This document shows positions 26,693-35,840 of a DNA stretch of 64,000 nt, piece by piece. How positions within the stretch are numbered: the first letter of the stretch is position 1; each line of letters begins with the position of its first letter. Made by a program: the position numbers and the translations under genes. The DNA comes from Flavobacteriales bacterium. GTDB taxonomy: Bacteria; Bacteroidota; Bacteroidia; Flavobacteriales_E; Vicingaceae. The notes beneath the pieces are model-generated. The model was not told the origin of the DNA. It did no database searches and saw nothing but the letters and a program-made list of their open reading frames with translations. Where the stretch lies: the NCBI GenBank assembly GCA_020635795.1, contig JACJZD010000006.1, positions 36,073-100,072 of the forward strand, in the 5' to 3' direction.

Positions 26693-26834
26693 TTTTTTAA
26701 TATTTGTTGTTAACGGTTTCGGGCTTAGCGAAGGTGGCGATTTTCACCACAAATGTTCATACGAAGAACGAATGTTTGTATAACCACAAAACTGTCATAC
26801 GAAGCACTGAGCCGCCAATTTCTTGTAGGTGCTG

Positions 26835-27449
26835 TTAGTGGCTGCTTTTCTTTGTCCATGTTTCCCCGTCTTTAGTTCTATAAGCTGTTAGTCCGAATTT
26901 GTCTGTCCAGTAAATTGTTTCAATATTTTTTGGTTCAGTTATTCTTTCAGGATAGCCATGTTTTACGATGTAATAGTTTGATACATTCAAGTCATTTACT
27001 TTAATTGTGTCCGTATGAAATTCCCCAATAATAGTGTCAAAGTTTGAATGAAAGTCCTTGAAACTAATAGCAAAATCAACTTCCTTTTCTGTCGGATGTT
27101 TTGAAATCCAAAAGAGTTCTTGATAAACAGTATCTATTTTCCCTCCAGTCGTCATGTCTTGAGATGTACCGAACCACCTGTCGACTGGCAAGTGTTTTAT
27201 TTGAACCCATTTACCATTCACTGGTCGTGGTGCCATGAACCCACCGCAATTTTCATTACGTTCAGTCCCAAAGCCTACTATCGTAATGGTGTCTATGTCG
27301 CCTAAATTACTTTGAAAATAGATTGTGTCTCCGATATTATAGTCGGTGAAATGAGCTAATTCTTTGTCATTAAATTCCAAGTCCTTTTTGTCGTAAGAAC
27401 AACAACCTGAAACAAAAATTGTCAATATGATTAATATGTGTCGTTTCAT
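26835..27449 (-). CDS. hypothetical lipoprotein
   Basis: ATG 27449 gives MKRHILIILTIFVSGCCS (lipobox). The ORF track start at 27503 adds 18 residues. Confidence 0.5.
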   Translation of the reverse strand: MKRHILIILTIFVSGCCSYDKKDLEFNDKELAHFTDYNIGDTIYFQSNLGDIDTITIVGFGTERNENCGGFMAPRPVNGKWVQIKHLPVDRWFGTSQDMTTGGKIDTVYQELFWISKHPTEKEVDFAISFKDFHSNFDTIIGEFHTDTIKVNDLNVSNYYIVKHGYPERITEPKNIETIYWTDKFGLTAYRTKDGETWTKKSSH

Positions 27450-27585
27450 AAAGTTGCCACTAACTTGTTTATAGGTCTGACAAAACCATCCCAATTCACC
27501 CATTTTGGGCAGATAGGTCTGATTATCTTAATTCTTATCTACCAAATGTATTAAAAATAATTGCAAATTGAAGGAAGGTTAATAG

Positions 27586-27605
27586 ATTCCTGCCTGAGCA
27601 GGAAT
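27586..27605. repeat. short hairpin repeat ATTCCTGC-CTGA-GCAGGAAT
   Basis: Perfect 8-bp stem in intergenic DNA, adjacent to hairpin/G-tract element copy 4. Confidence 0.6.
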
Positions 27606-27631
27606 GATGTGAAGAATATATTTGGTTAAGT

Positions 27632-27662
27632 CTCCCTCCCTTAGGGAGGGTTGGGGGTGGGC
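27632..27662 (-). repeat. hairpin/G-tract element copy 4 (sense form on minus strand: GCCCACCCCCAACCCTCCC-TAA-GGGAGGG-AG)
   Basis: The plus strand reads CTCCCTCCC TTA GGGAGGGTTGGGGGTGGGC. In gene sense it starts 4 nt after the helicase-nuclease TAA (27667-27669). Confidence 0.85.
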
Positions 27663-27666
27663 TTTT

Positions 27667-30600
27667 TTACACCAAAACCAACTCCTTGTCTTTGATGTAC
27701 AACAAGTAACTTTCAATGTTGGTGTAGCCCATTTCGGCGAGTAAAATCTTGTAATTTTCTAATTGTTGTTTGTGTTTTTTCTCTTTTTTACCCGTTTTGT
27801 AATCCACAATTATGGTGTTGTTGTTTTTTATCACTACTCTATCGGGTTGGTACGATTCGCCTGAGGGCAACAAAATGGTTGTTTCGGTTTTTAGTTCATC
27901 AAATGCAGTAAAAAAGCTTTCTACTTTGGGCAATTTTATCAATTCATGCAACTCGGCTAAAATGCTTAGTTTGTTGTTCTCGTCAAACAAACCACGGTTT
28001 ATAAAGCGGTCAATGGTGCTTTCTAAATCGCTCAATTGTTTTATTTCCGAAAGCAATTGGTGTATTAAATTACCATAATCGGCAGATGTTTCGGGGTTTT
28101 CTACATCCCAAAATTTAGGCGCTTGGTAACTGATGTCAATTTTATTTCGCCAAGGGTTGTAGCTTATTTCGGTTAATACCTCGTTAGCCGATTTATGCTG
28201 TTGCTCTGTTACGATTTTTTTAGTGGAGAACAAACCAAAACGAAACTCATTTTCATTTACGGCAGCATCGGGTTGAGTTAAACAATATTCAAAAAAGTAG
28301 TTTTTGTAATTACCATCTTTGTTGGGTTTATCTACTTCGCTCAACACATACATGCGGTCTTTTGGGCGGGTTAATACCACATAAAGCAAGTTGATGGTGT
28401 CCAATATCGATTTTGCTTTTTCGTTCTCGTAATCGTCTTTTAAAACGGTGTCTAAAAGCGATGCGTTTAAATTGATGATGGAAGCATCCAATCCTTTAGC
28501 AATGGGTTCTTCCGTCCACAAATAATCTTCGTTTTTATCTTTTCCAGTAGTGCTCGCAAACGGAAAAATGACCACAGGAAATTCCAAACCTTTCGATTTG
28601 TGTATGGTCATTACCTGAACAGCATTGATACCTTCAGGAATAATTACCGAAAACTTGCTGCTTTTGCTGTTCCACCAATCAATAAAATTGACAATGGAAT
28701 TGTCTTTTTTAGAAGCATATTCATGCACTTTATCCAAGAAAAACTGTACAAAAATGTTGATTTCTTTGTCCAACCCAAAATGTTGAATAAAGTGCTCGGT
28801 AAGTTCGTACAACGAAAACGTGGTAGCATTAGAAACTTCCAGCGACAATTGATGTGAGGCTAAAAAATCGGCCAAATAATCTTGGTCTTTGTGTTGAATA
28901 AAATCCACATTTTGCTCGCCAACAAAACGTGTATGGATTAAATAATTGATGGCGTATAAATGATGAGCAGGGTCTTTTGGAGTAGCAATATAGTTGAATA
29001 AACTCAACAAAAACTTCACTTCATTAGAGTTGTTCAGCAACAAACTTTCTGATGAAATAACCTGAATGTTGTTTTCCAACAGAAAAGAAGCTACTTCCGA
29101 AGCCCTATTGTTGCTTCGTGTAAGAATTGCAATATCGCTTAATTGGTAACCATCGTTTAACGAGGTGTCGATTATTTTTTTGATTTCGGTAAATGTAATT
29201 TCATCATCATCGGGGTCTAAAAACGAAATGGCAACTCCACCACCAGTATTTTCGGGTTTAAACCCTTGGTTTAAATTGGCATAAATGGGGTTGAATTTTT
29301 CGGATAAATTGCTTGAAATGGAATTAAAAAATTTGTTGTTGAAATCAACCACTTCGGCTTTTGAACGGTAATTGTCGTTCAAGTCTTCGTTTTTATGGTT
29401 TCGTATCAAGGTAGCTTCACGCTCCAACAATAACTGATTGTTTTTGTGATTGTAAACGTAAGGCAGTTTGATGATTTGCTCTACTTCGCCACCTCTAAAA
29501 CGGTAAATGGCTTGTTTAGCATCGCCAACAATCATGTTGTAATGCCCGTTTGCCAGCGAGTTTTCAATTAGCGGGATAATGTTTTGCCATTGTATGGTTG
29601 AAGTATCTTGAAACTCATCAATTAAATAATGTTGGTATTTTTCGCCCAAACGCTCATAAATAAAAGGAATGGATTCGGTAAGAATTATTTTGGCGATTTG
29701 CTTGTTGAAATCCGACAAGTTTAAAATGTTGTTGTCGGCTTTAAATTCCAAAATGGTTTTTTCAATTTCGTTGATTACCGCAATTTGGTAAATGTTTTTG
29801 AGCAACAAGGTTTTTAAAACGTACGAGCCATAATCCTTCTCAATATATACTCTCGATTGGTTAAAGAGTTCGATTAGTTTTGCTTCATGTGTATCAATCA
29901 AGTCTTTTTGTGGTTGAGGAACGGACTGTGCATACCAATTTTTTTCGCCTGCAACAATTTTTTGAACCGTAGCATTTGGGGTAAACGACTTTAATATTCT
30001 TAAATATTCCCAATAATTGTAAAAATTACTTCCACTAAAACTTTTTGGTTCAATCCCTGTCGATTTGATAAAATCTAAGGCATTTTTTGCCATTTCTTTT
30101 ACGGCTTTTTCAAAAGCATTGATTTCAACAATTAAATCGGTTTTTATTTTTTCGAAATCGTCGATGCTCAAATCTCGAATTTTTTCGAGGTGCGATTCTC
30201 CACCGTCTTTAATCAAGTTTTTAGCAAATTTTATTAAATCGCTTTCAATGTTCCAGCTTTTTTCGTCGTCGGCTTTTTGTTTGCTGTAATCCAATAAAAG
30301 CTTGGTTATTTTCTCGTTTTTACCCACTTCTGCAATCAACATGTCGATAGCATTTTTGAGCACTTCGTCTTCGTTAATTTCTATGCCAAAATTGAGCGGA
30401 AGTTTTAGGTCTAAGGCAAATGTTCGGATAATTTTAGTGGTAAATTTATCAATGGTGCTGATGCCAAAATCGTTGTAGTTGTGTAAAATAGAGCTTAAAA
30501 CAGCGCCACTTCGTAGTTTTATTTCTTGCTCGCTTAAAGCCAATCCACCATCATTTAATGGTTTCATCAACTCCACTAACAAATGTTTCGGAGTCCCTTC

Positions 30601-30819
30601 CAATGGTTTTTTTCCTGATAAAGCTTGCAAGGCAGAAATAACCCGCTCTTTCATTTCTGATGCTGCTTTATTGGTAAACGTTATAGCTAAAATACGTTTG
30701 TACGCTGCTGCATCGTTGGTTTTTAACCCGATTTTTAAATACTCCTTAACTAAAGTAAAAGTCTTGCCCGAGCCAGCCGATGAGTTGTAAACCGTGAAAT
30801 TGTTGTTGGTTGAGTTCAA
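27667..30819 (-). CDS. UvrD/Rep-type helicase fused to C-terminal PD-(D/E)XK nuclease (AddA/RecB-like)
   Basis: 1050 aa. Walker A SAGSGKTF, helicase motifs LIDEFQDTS, VGDAKQAIYRFRGG and TIHKSKGLEF, and a C-terminal nuclease motif PDRVVIKNNNTIIVDYKTGKK. Confidence 0.85.
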   Translation of the reverse strand: MNSTNNNFTVYNSSAGSGKTFTLVKEYLKIGLKTNDAAAYKRILAITFTNKAASEMKERVISALQALSGKKPLEGTPKHLLVELMKPLNDGGLALSEQEIKLRSGAVLSSILHNYNDFGISTIDKFTTKIIRTFALDLKLPLNFGIEINEDEVLKNAIDMLIAEVGKNEKITKLLLDYSKQKADDEKSWNIESDLIKFAKNLIKDGGESHLEKIRDLSIDDFEKIKTDLIVEINAFEKAVKEMAKNALDFIKSTGIEPKSFSGSNFYNYWEYLRILKSFTPNATVQKIVAGEKNWYAQSVPQPQKDLIDTHEAKLIELFNQSRVYIEKDYGSYVLKTLLLKNIYQIAVINEIEKTILEFKADNNILNLSDFNKQIAKIILTESIPFIYERLGEKYQHYLIDEFQDTSTIQWQNIIPLIENSLANGHYNMIVGDAKQAIYRFRGGEVEQIIKLPYVYNHKNNQLLLEREATLIRNHKNEDLNDNYRSKAEVVDFNNKFFNSISSNLSEKFNPIYANLNQGFKPENTGGGVAISFLDPDDDEITFTEIKKIIDTSLNDGYQLSDIAILTRSNNRASEVASFLLENNIQVISSESLLLNNSNEVKFLLSLFNYIATPKDPAHHLYAINYLIHTRFVGEQNVDFIQHKDQDYLADFLASHQLSLEVSNATTFSLYELTEHFIQHFGLDKEINIFVQFFLDKVHEYASKKDNSIVNFIDWWNSKSSKFSVIIPEGINAVQVMTIHKSKGLEFPVVIFPFASTTGKDKNEDYLWTEEPIAKGLDASIINLNASLLDTVLKDDYENEKAKSILDTINLLYVVLTRPKDRMYVLSEVDKPNKDGNYKNYFFEYCLTQPDAAVNENEFRFGLFSTKKIVTEQQHKSANEVLTEISYNPWRNKIDISYQAPKFWDVENPETSADYGNLIHQLLSEIKQLSDLESTIDRFINRGLFDENNKLSILAELHELIKLPKVESFFTAFDELKTETTILLPSGESYQPDRVVIKNNNTIIVDYKTGKKEKKHKQQLENYKILLAEMGYTNIESYLLYIKDKELVLV

Positions 30820-30874
30820 AAGTTACATTGATTTTCGTCTTTCAAATGTAATGAAAACTAACTAATAATTGAGT

Positions 30875-30952
30875 CGTCATTGCGGGCTTGACCCGCAATC
30901 TAAAATAGTAAATAAGGTTTTAATAAGATTGCGGGTCAAGCACGCAATGACG
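30875..30952. repeat. 27-bp inverted repeat of a hairpin unit (cgtcATTGCGGGCTTGACCCGCAATct), arms 24 nt apart
   Basis: Left arm 30875-30901 and right arm 30926-30952 (26/27 complementary). Each arm is itself an 8-bp stem with a CTTGA loop. The same hairpin type forms the glyQS terminator at 54380-54407. Confidence 0.8.
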
Positions 30953-30960
30953 ATATATAT

Positions 30961-31047
30961 CGATTTATCGGGATAAAACTATTGTGATGCTTTTCTGAGT
31001 TAATTTCGGAGCGTTTTAACTATAGAAGCTATGTGTCTATGTGGTAA
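30961..31047 (+). repeat. truncated copy (right half) of the MITE-like element at 36722-36868
   Basis: It shares cgatttatcggga...aactat...gatgct... and a terminal ctatgtgtctatgtggtaa, versus ctatgtttctatgtggttaac in the full element. Confidence 0.55.
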
Positions 31048-31125
31048 ATTTGTTAAAACAAGATTACGGGTCAATCCTTCGTCAAGTTCAGGATGACATT
31101 GACCAGAATGACGGAAAAGAGGGTG

Positions 31126-32040
31126 TTAATCTAAGAATTTTGCAATAAAATTTATTTTTTCTTCGAGCGGTAAATTCCCGTCTATCCAGTTGATGGTAAA
31201 ACCATCTTTTTCCATTTTTCTATACCAAGTCATTTGGCGTTTAGCAAACTGATGTATGGCTGAATTTAATTTCTGAAACATGTCGTTATACGACAATTCA
31301 TCTTGCAAATGTTGTGTGATGAGTTTGTACTCCAATCCGTAAAATTTCAATTTTTCGGGGTCAACACCATTGGCAATTAATGTTTTTACTTCTTCAATCA
31401 TTCCTTCGTGTTCCAATCGGTGTTTTAACCGCTCGGTAATTCGTTTTTTAATGATGGCTCGGTCAAAATCAATTCCAAAAATAAGGTGTTCAATTTTAGG
31501 AAAATCTCTTATCAACGCATCGTTTTCGGTTTGAAATTTGGCTACCTCAATGGCTCTGATAATTCGTTTTTTGTAAATGCTGTCGGTGGTGTTGTGTATG
31601 GTTTTGTAATCCGACAACATGTTATTCAACTCCTCAATGGATTTTTGTTCCAATTCCGTTCTTAATTTGGTGTTTTCAGGAACTTCTAAAAACCGATAAC
31701 CCTTAACCACTGCATCAATATACAGACCAGAACCACCGCATAAAATGGGTGTATTGTTGTTTTTTAAAACGGTTTCGTAAGCTTTTAAAAAATCTTTTTG
31801 GTATTCAAACACATTGTATTCAGCTCCAGCATCAACAATATCAATTAAATGATATGGGATTTTTACTCCGTTTACTTCAAAATCATCCAAATCCTTACCT
31901 GTACCAATATCCATACCTCTGTACACTTGTCGCGAATCGGCACTAATTACTTCGCCCGAAATACTATGCGCTAAATTCGCTGCTAAAGTTGTTTTTCCAG
32001 TAGCTGTTGGACCTAGTATGACAATAAGTTTGTTGTTCAT
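31126..32040 (-). CDS. miaA: tRNA dimethylallyltransferase
   Basis: 304 aa. P-loop GPTATGKT, ISADSRQVYRGMDIGTGK and CGGSGLY are present. Confidence 0.93.
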   Translation of the reverse strand: MNNKLIVILGPTATGKTTLAANLAHSISGEVISADSRQVYRGMDIGTGKDLDDFEVNGVKIPYHLIDIVDAGAEYNVFEYQKDFLKAYETVLKNNNTPILCGGSGLYIDAVVKGYRFLEVPENTKLRTELEQKSIEELNNMLSDYKTIHNTTDSIYKKRIIRAIEVAKFQTENDALIRDFPKIEHLIFGIDFDRAIIKKRITERLKHRLEHEGMIEEVKTLIANGVDPEKLKFYGLEYKLITQHLQDELSYNDMFQKLNSAIHQFAKRQMTWYRKMEKDGFTINWIDGNLPLEEKINFIAKFLD

Positions 32041-32092
32041 TTATTTATTAAAACGGTCTTGCTTTGATTTAAATTAATTATACCTTTGGTGT

Positions 32093-32479
32093 GTGAGAAT
32101 TAGTTTTCAAATATCCTCAATTTTGGTGGCTTTGTTGTTTGTTTTTTCAATAAACTTTAAGTCTATCCTTACGGTTCATTATTTCGTTAATCAAGCAGAA
32201 ATAATTGAAATGTTTTGCGTTAACAAGGAAAAACCTAAGTTGGCTTGTAATGGTAAATGTCATTTAGCCAAAGAGTTGGTTAAGGTTGATACCAAAAACG
32301 AAGAAAATCCATTTTCGGGAACTAGTTTGCAATATAACCTTGAAATTAAGCCTCTTATTCAACAAGTAAAAAATGATTTAAAAACTTTCGAACAAGATAT
32401 TAAAACCAATTATTTTTTAGCTTCTTATTCAATTATAGAACAATCGTTCGATATAAGTTTACCTCCTCCAAAAGTGTAA
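32093..32479 (+). CDS. small N-terminally anchored membrane protein with Cys motif (C-x9-C-x3-C-H)
   Basis: 128 aa with a GTG start. One TM helix (ISSILVALLFVFSINF), then MFCVNKEKPKLACNGKCHLAKEL. It is the first gene of the MbnP/MbnH-like cluster. Confidence 0.45.
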   Translation: MRISFQISSILVALLFVFSINFKSILTVHYFVNQAEIIEMFCVNKEKPKLACNGKCHLAKELVKVDTKNEENPFSGTSLQYNLEIKPLIQQVKNDLKTFEQDIKTNYFLASYSIIEQSFDISLPPPKV

Positions 32480-32517
32480 TTGCTATTATTTTTTAATAAC
32501 AATTATAATTTAAAACA

Positions 32518-33561
32518 ATGAACAAAAAATATGGTTTGCTGTTCTTGTTTATAATGATTAGTAGTGTAACTTTTGCATGCGATTTATGTAGTGTTTATAT
32601 TGGTATTCAACCACAAGACTTTAAAAGCTCGTTTGGTTTAAGATACCGGTATCGATTGTTTGAGGAACGTGTTTCTAAAATATCGTCTAAAACAATTTCG
32701 ACAAATTCTAGCGCGAGGCTACAAACAAATAATAACTATTCAATTAATCATTTAAACGAAGAAACATCAACTACTAACAATTATTTATATACAGAGCAAT
32801 ACAACAGTGTTGATTTGGTATTGAATGTGTTTTTCGGTAAAAAATTAAACGTATTGATTACCAATTCGTTTTCCGATAATTATGTTTATCACAATGATAG
32901 TATAATTGATAATATTTCGGGTTTTGGCGATTTAAACGTGATTACTAATTATCGAATTATCAACACCAAAATAAGCACCGATAGCTTAGCAAAAAACAAA
33001 TTTTTGCATCGGTTAACAATAGGGCTAGGCGTAGAACTTCCAACAGGTAGTTTTAATAAACAATCGGTTAAGGGTTATGAAACCAGTTTTACACCAAGCA
33101 CAATTATTGGAAAACCACTGATGGAGCTAGATGAACATCTGCAAGCAGGAACAGGTAGTTTTAATTATCTTTTTTTGATGGAGTATTTGTTGAAATATAA
33201 TGGCTTTGGACTTAACACTAATGCGAGTTACAAGGTTTTTACTGAAAACAAAAACAACTTTCGTTTTGCCAATCGATACAATTTTAATTCATCTCTTTTT
33301 TATCTTTTTGATGTGACTAAGAATATAAAATTTATGCCCCATTCAGGTATAAATTATGAAGTAAGCATGTACGATAAGGACAATAAAAAAGACGTTATGA
33401 ATACTGGCGGAGAATCGGCGTTTATGAATGCTGGCGTAAATTGGTTTATAAAAAATTTAGCAATTGATTTTACCTATTATCGACCTGTATATCAAAATCT
33501 TTTTGGTAATCAACCTTCCAATAAAGAAAGGATTATTACACAAATAACATATTATTTTTAA
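32518..33561 (+). CDS. putative outer-membrane beta-barrel protein with N-terminal CxxC
   Basis: 347 aa. The signal peptide ends ...SSVTFA, so the mature N-terminus is CDLCSVYIG. It shows alternating beta-strand patterning, is rich in aromatic residues, and ends ITYYF (a typical barrel terminus). Confidence 0.5.
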   Translation: MNKKYGLLFLFIMISSVTFACDLCSVYIGIQPQDFKSSFGLRYRYRLFEERVSKISSKTISTNSSARLQTNNNYSINHLNEETSTTNNYLYTEQYNSVDLVLNVFFGKKLNVLITNSFSDNYVYHNDSIIDNISGFGDLNVITNYRIINTKISTDSLAKNKFLHRLTIGLGVELPTGSFNKQSVKGYETSFTPSTIIGKPLMELDEHLQAGTGSFNYLFLMEYLLKYNGFGLNTNASYKVFTENKNNFRFANRYNFNSSLFYLFDVTKNIKFMPHSGINYEVSMYDKDNKKDVMNTGGESAFMNAGVNWFIKNLAIDFTYYRPVYQNLFGNQPSNKERIITQITYYF

Positions 33562-33589
33562 TTAACTTTATATAAACTTAAATCTAACA

Positions 33590-34447
33590 ATGAAAACAAC
33601 AAAATTATTTATACTAACAGCTCTAGTAGGAGCGGTAGTATTGTCATCGTGTTCAAAAAAAGAAGGTTGTACTGATCCTTCAGCTGAAAATTACGACCCA
33701 AATGCAGAAAAAGACAACGGAACGTGTGTTTATAAAGTACCAGTTACACCAACGGCAACTGCGGGGAGTTTAACTTTTACATTTGCACATCATTTTGCTG
33801 GAACAGCAGTAACTTCTGCCGATTTTAATCTGTTTAATTATGTTAATGCTAATGATGATACCTTGAGTATAACAAAGCTTAGGTATTTAATTTCTGACAT
33901 TAGATTGTATAAATCAAACGGAGATAGTATTATGATTGAAGGGTATCAATTGGTTGATTTATCTGATAATGCAACATTAACCTACTCGCCATCGGCAGCG
34001 TCAAATATACCTTTTGATAGTTATACAGGTATATCGTTTATTTTTGGTTTTGATAGCACTGATAATGTTTCGAATGCTTATCCAGATTTAAATTCTGCAA
34101 GTTGGAATTGGCCAGCAATGATTGGAGGTGGTTACCACTTCATGCAAATGGAAGGAAAATATAGAGAGCAAGGAAACGATTCTACTTATGCTTACCATAT
34201 GGGAATGGCTTATAACATGATGATGAGCATGGCTGAACAAAACTATTTTAAAGCCGATTTGGGAGCAATAACCATCACAAATAACGCTACCATTCAAATT
34301 AAAATGGACATTTCGGAGTGGTATAAAAATCCATCAAATTGGGATTTAAATCAATATCACAGTAATTTAATGATGAATTATACTGCCCAAAAATTAATGA
34401 ACACCATTGGAAAAGATGTGTTTAGTTTGGGAATTGTTGTGCAATAA
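33590..34447 (+). CDS. MbnP-like lipoprotein (putative copper-binding)
   Basis: 285 aa. Lipobox LSSCSKKEGC, the pattern TFTFAHHFAG...LSITKLRYLISDIRLYKSNGDS...YQLVDLSD, and a Met/His-rich tract YAYHMGMAYNMMMSMAEQ. It is directly followed by a di-haem peroxidase gene. Confidence 0.6.
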   Translation: MKTTKLFILTALVGAVVLSSCSKKEGCTDPSAENYDPNAEKDNGTCVYKVPVTPTATAGSLTFTFAHHFAGTAVTSADFNLFNYVNANDDTLSITKLRYLISDIRLYKSNGDSIMIEGYQLVDLSDNATLTYSPSAASNIPFDSYTGISFIFGFDSTDNVSNAYPDLNSASWNWPAMIGGGYHFMQMEGKYREQGNDSTYAYHMGMAYNMMMSMAEQNYFKADLGAITITNNATIQIKMDISEWYKNPSNWDLNQYHSNLMMNYTAQKLMNTIGKDVFSLGIVVQ

Positions 34448-34495
34448 ATTAAATAACCTAAGGTTGTAATTAATTACAACCTTAGGCTTATTATT

Positions 34496-35593
34496 ATGAA
34501 TAATAATAGAACACATATAGTTTTATTTACATTAGCTGTTTTAGTTTCGGCTTGTGTTAAAGAGCCGAATAAAGAAGTGGTTAGCAACCCTGTACCGATA
34601 ACTTCAAACCCCACACCATACCAACTCATTATCCCTTCACTATTTGCGCAGTATATTAATCCTCCAGTAATTCCTGTTGATAATCCATTAACTGTTGAAG
34701 GAATTGCTTTAGGAAGAAAATTGTTTTTTGACCCTATTTTATCGGGTAACGGAACGCAGTCTTGTGCAAGTTGCCATTCGCCTCAATTAGCTTTTGCTGA
34801 GAATTCAGCTTTTAGTACAGGTATTGATGGTTTACAAGGTAACAGAAGCGCAATGCCTTTGTTTAATATGGCTTGGAATTGGAATAACAAGTTTTTTTGG
34901 GATGGTAGAGCAAACAGTATTGAAGCTCAAGCTTTAGGCCCTGTTGTTAACCCTATAGAAATGCACAATACTTGGCAAAACGCAGTTGCCTCACTACAAA
35001 ATGATTTAACATACCCTAGTTTATTTATGGCTGCTTTTAAAACCAATATTATTGATTCCAACCTTGTAGTAAAAGCTATAGCTCAATTTGAACGAACATT
35101 AATTTCAGGAAATTCGAGGTTCGACCAATATTTAAATGGGCAGATATCTTTAACCCCACAAGAAATAGACGGGTTTAATGTGTTTATGACTGAAACTCGA
35201 GGAGATTGTTTTCATTGTCATGGCAATGCTGCTAATCCTTTATGGACTGACAATCTTTTTCACAACAATGGTTTAGATGCTACTTTTAGCGATAATGGTT
35301 TAGGTTCGGTTACAGGAAATGCTGCCGATAATGGTAAGTTTAAAACACCATCGCTCCGAAATTTAGCGTATACTGCCCCTTATATGCACGATGGTAGGTT
35401 TGCGACTTTAGATGAAGTAATTAATCATTATAGCGAAGGCTTACAAAACTCACCAACAATATCTCCATTATTAAAATACATCGGACAAGGAGGAGTGCAA
35501 TTAACAGCTAGTGATAAAGCATCGTTAAAAGCTTTTTTATTGTCGCTTTCAGATAGTAGTTTTGTAAACAACCCTAATTTTCAACAGCCTTAA
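34496..35593 (+). CDS. di-haem cytochrome c peroxidase family protein (MauG/MbnH-like)
   Basis: 365 aa. Two CxxCH haem sites (CASCHS and CFHCHG), plus FKTPSLRNLAYTAPYMHDGRFATLDEVINHY. Confidence 0.85.
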   Translation: MNNNRTHIVLFTLAVLVSACVKEPNKEVVSNPVPITSNPTPYQLIIPSLFAQYINPPVIPVDNPLTVEGIALGRKLFFDPILSGNGTQSCASCHSPQLAFAENSAFSTGIDGLQGNRSAMPLFNMAWNWNNKFFWDGRANSIEAQALGPVVNPIEMHNTWQNAVASLQNDLTYPSLFMAAFKTNIIDSNLVVKAIAQFERTLISGNSRFDQYLNGQISLTPQEIDGFNVFMTETRGDCFHCHGNAANPLWTDNLFHNNGLDATFSDNGLGSVTGNAADNGKFKTPSLRNLAYTAPYMHDGRFATLDEVINHYSEGLQNSPTISPLLKYIGQGGVQLTASDKASLKAFLLSLSDSSFVNNPNFQQP

Positions 35594-35596
35594 TTT

Positions 35597-35830
35597 ATGC
35601 AACAAGTAAAATTGATTTGGAACTTTAGTGGTCCTGATGCTGAAGGAACTGCCAAGCACCACGAAATACACATTAGAGAATTTTTAGAAGCCAATAATTT
35701 TAGTGATTTAATTACTGGCGTTGATTATCAAAATGAGATATTTTGGTCGGCTTATTTAATTGTTAACCAACCAGACATGATTTTTTTTAGAGATAAACTC
35801 AAGCCTCACAAAGGGGAGTTGGTGGATTAA
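35597..35830 (+). CDS. small hypothetical protein (77 aa), last gene of the MbnP/MbnH-like cluster
   Basis: Starts 3 nt after the peroxidase stop. No recognisable motif. Confidence 0.4.
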   Translation: MQQVKLIWNFSGPDAEGTAKHHEIHIREFLEANNFSDLITGVDYQNEIFWSAYLIVNQPDMIFFRDKLKPHKGELVD

Positions 35831-35840
35831 TCCTTAACTC

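Noticed and set aside
26693-26834. Imperfect palindromes and a repeated catacgaag motif in the spacer between the VOC gene and the lipoprotein gene, considered as a possible ncRNA or riboswitch.
   Set aside because: The stems are short and mismatched, no known riboswitch core motifs were recognised, and there is no second copy to define a family.
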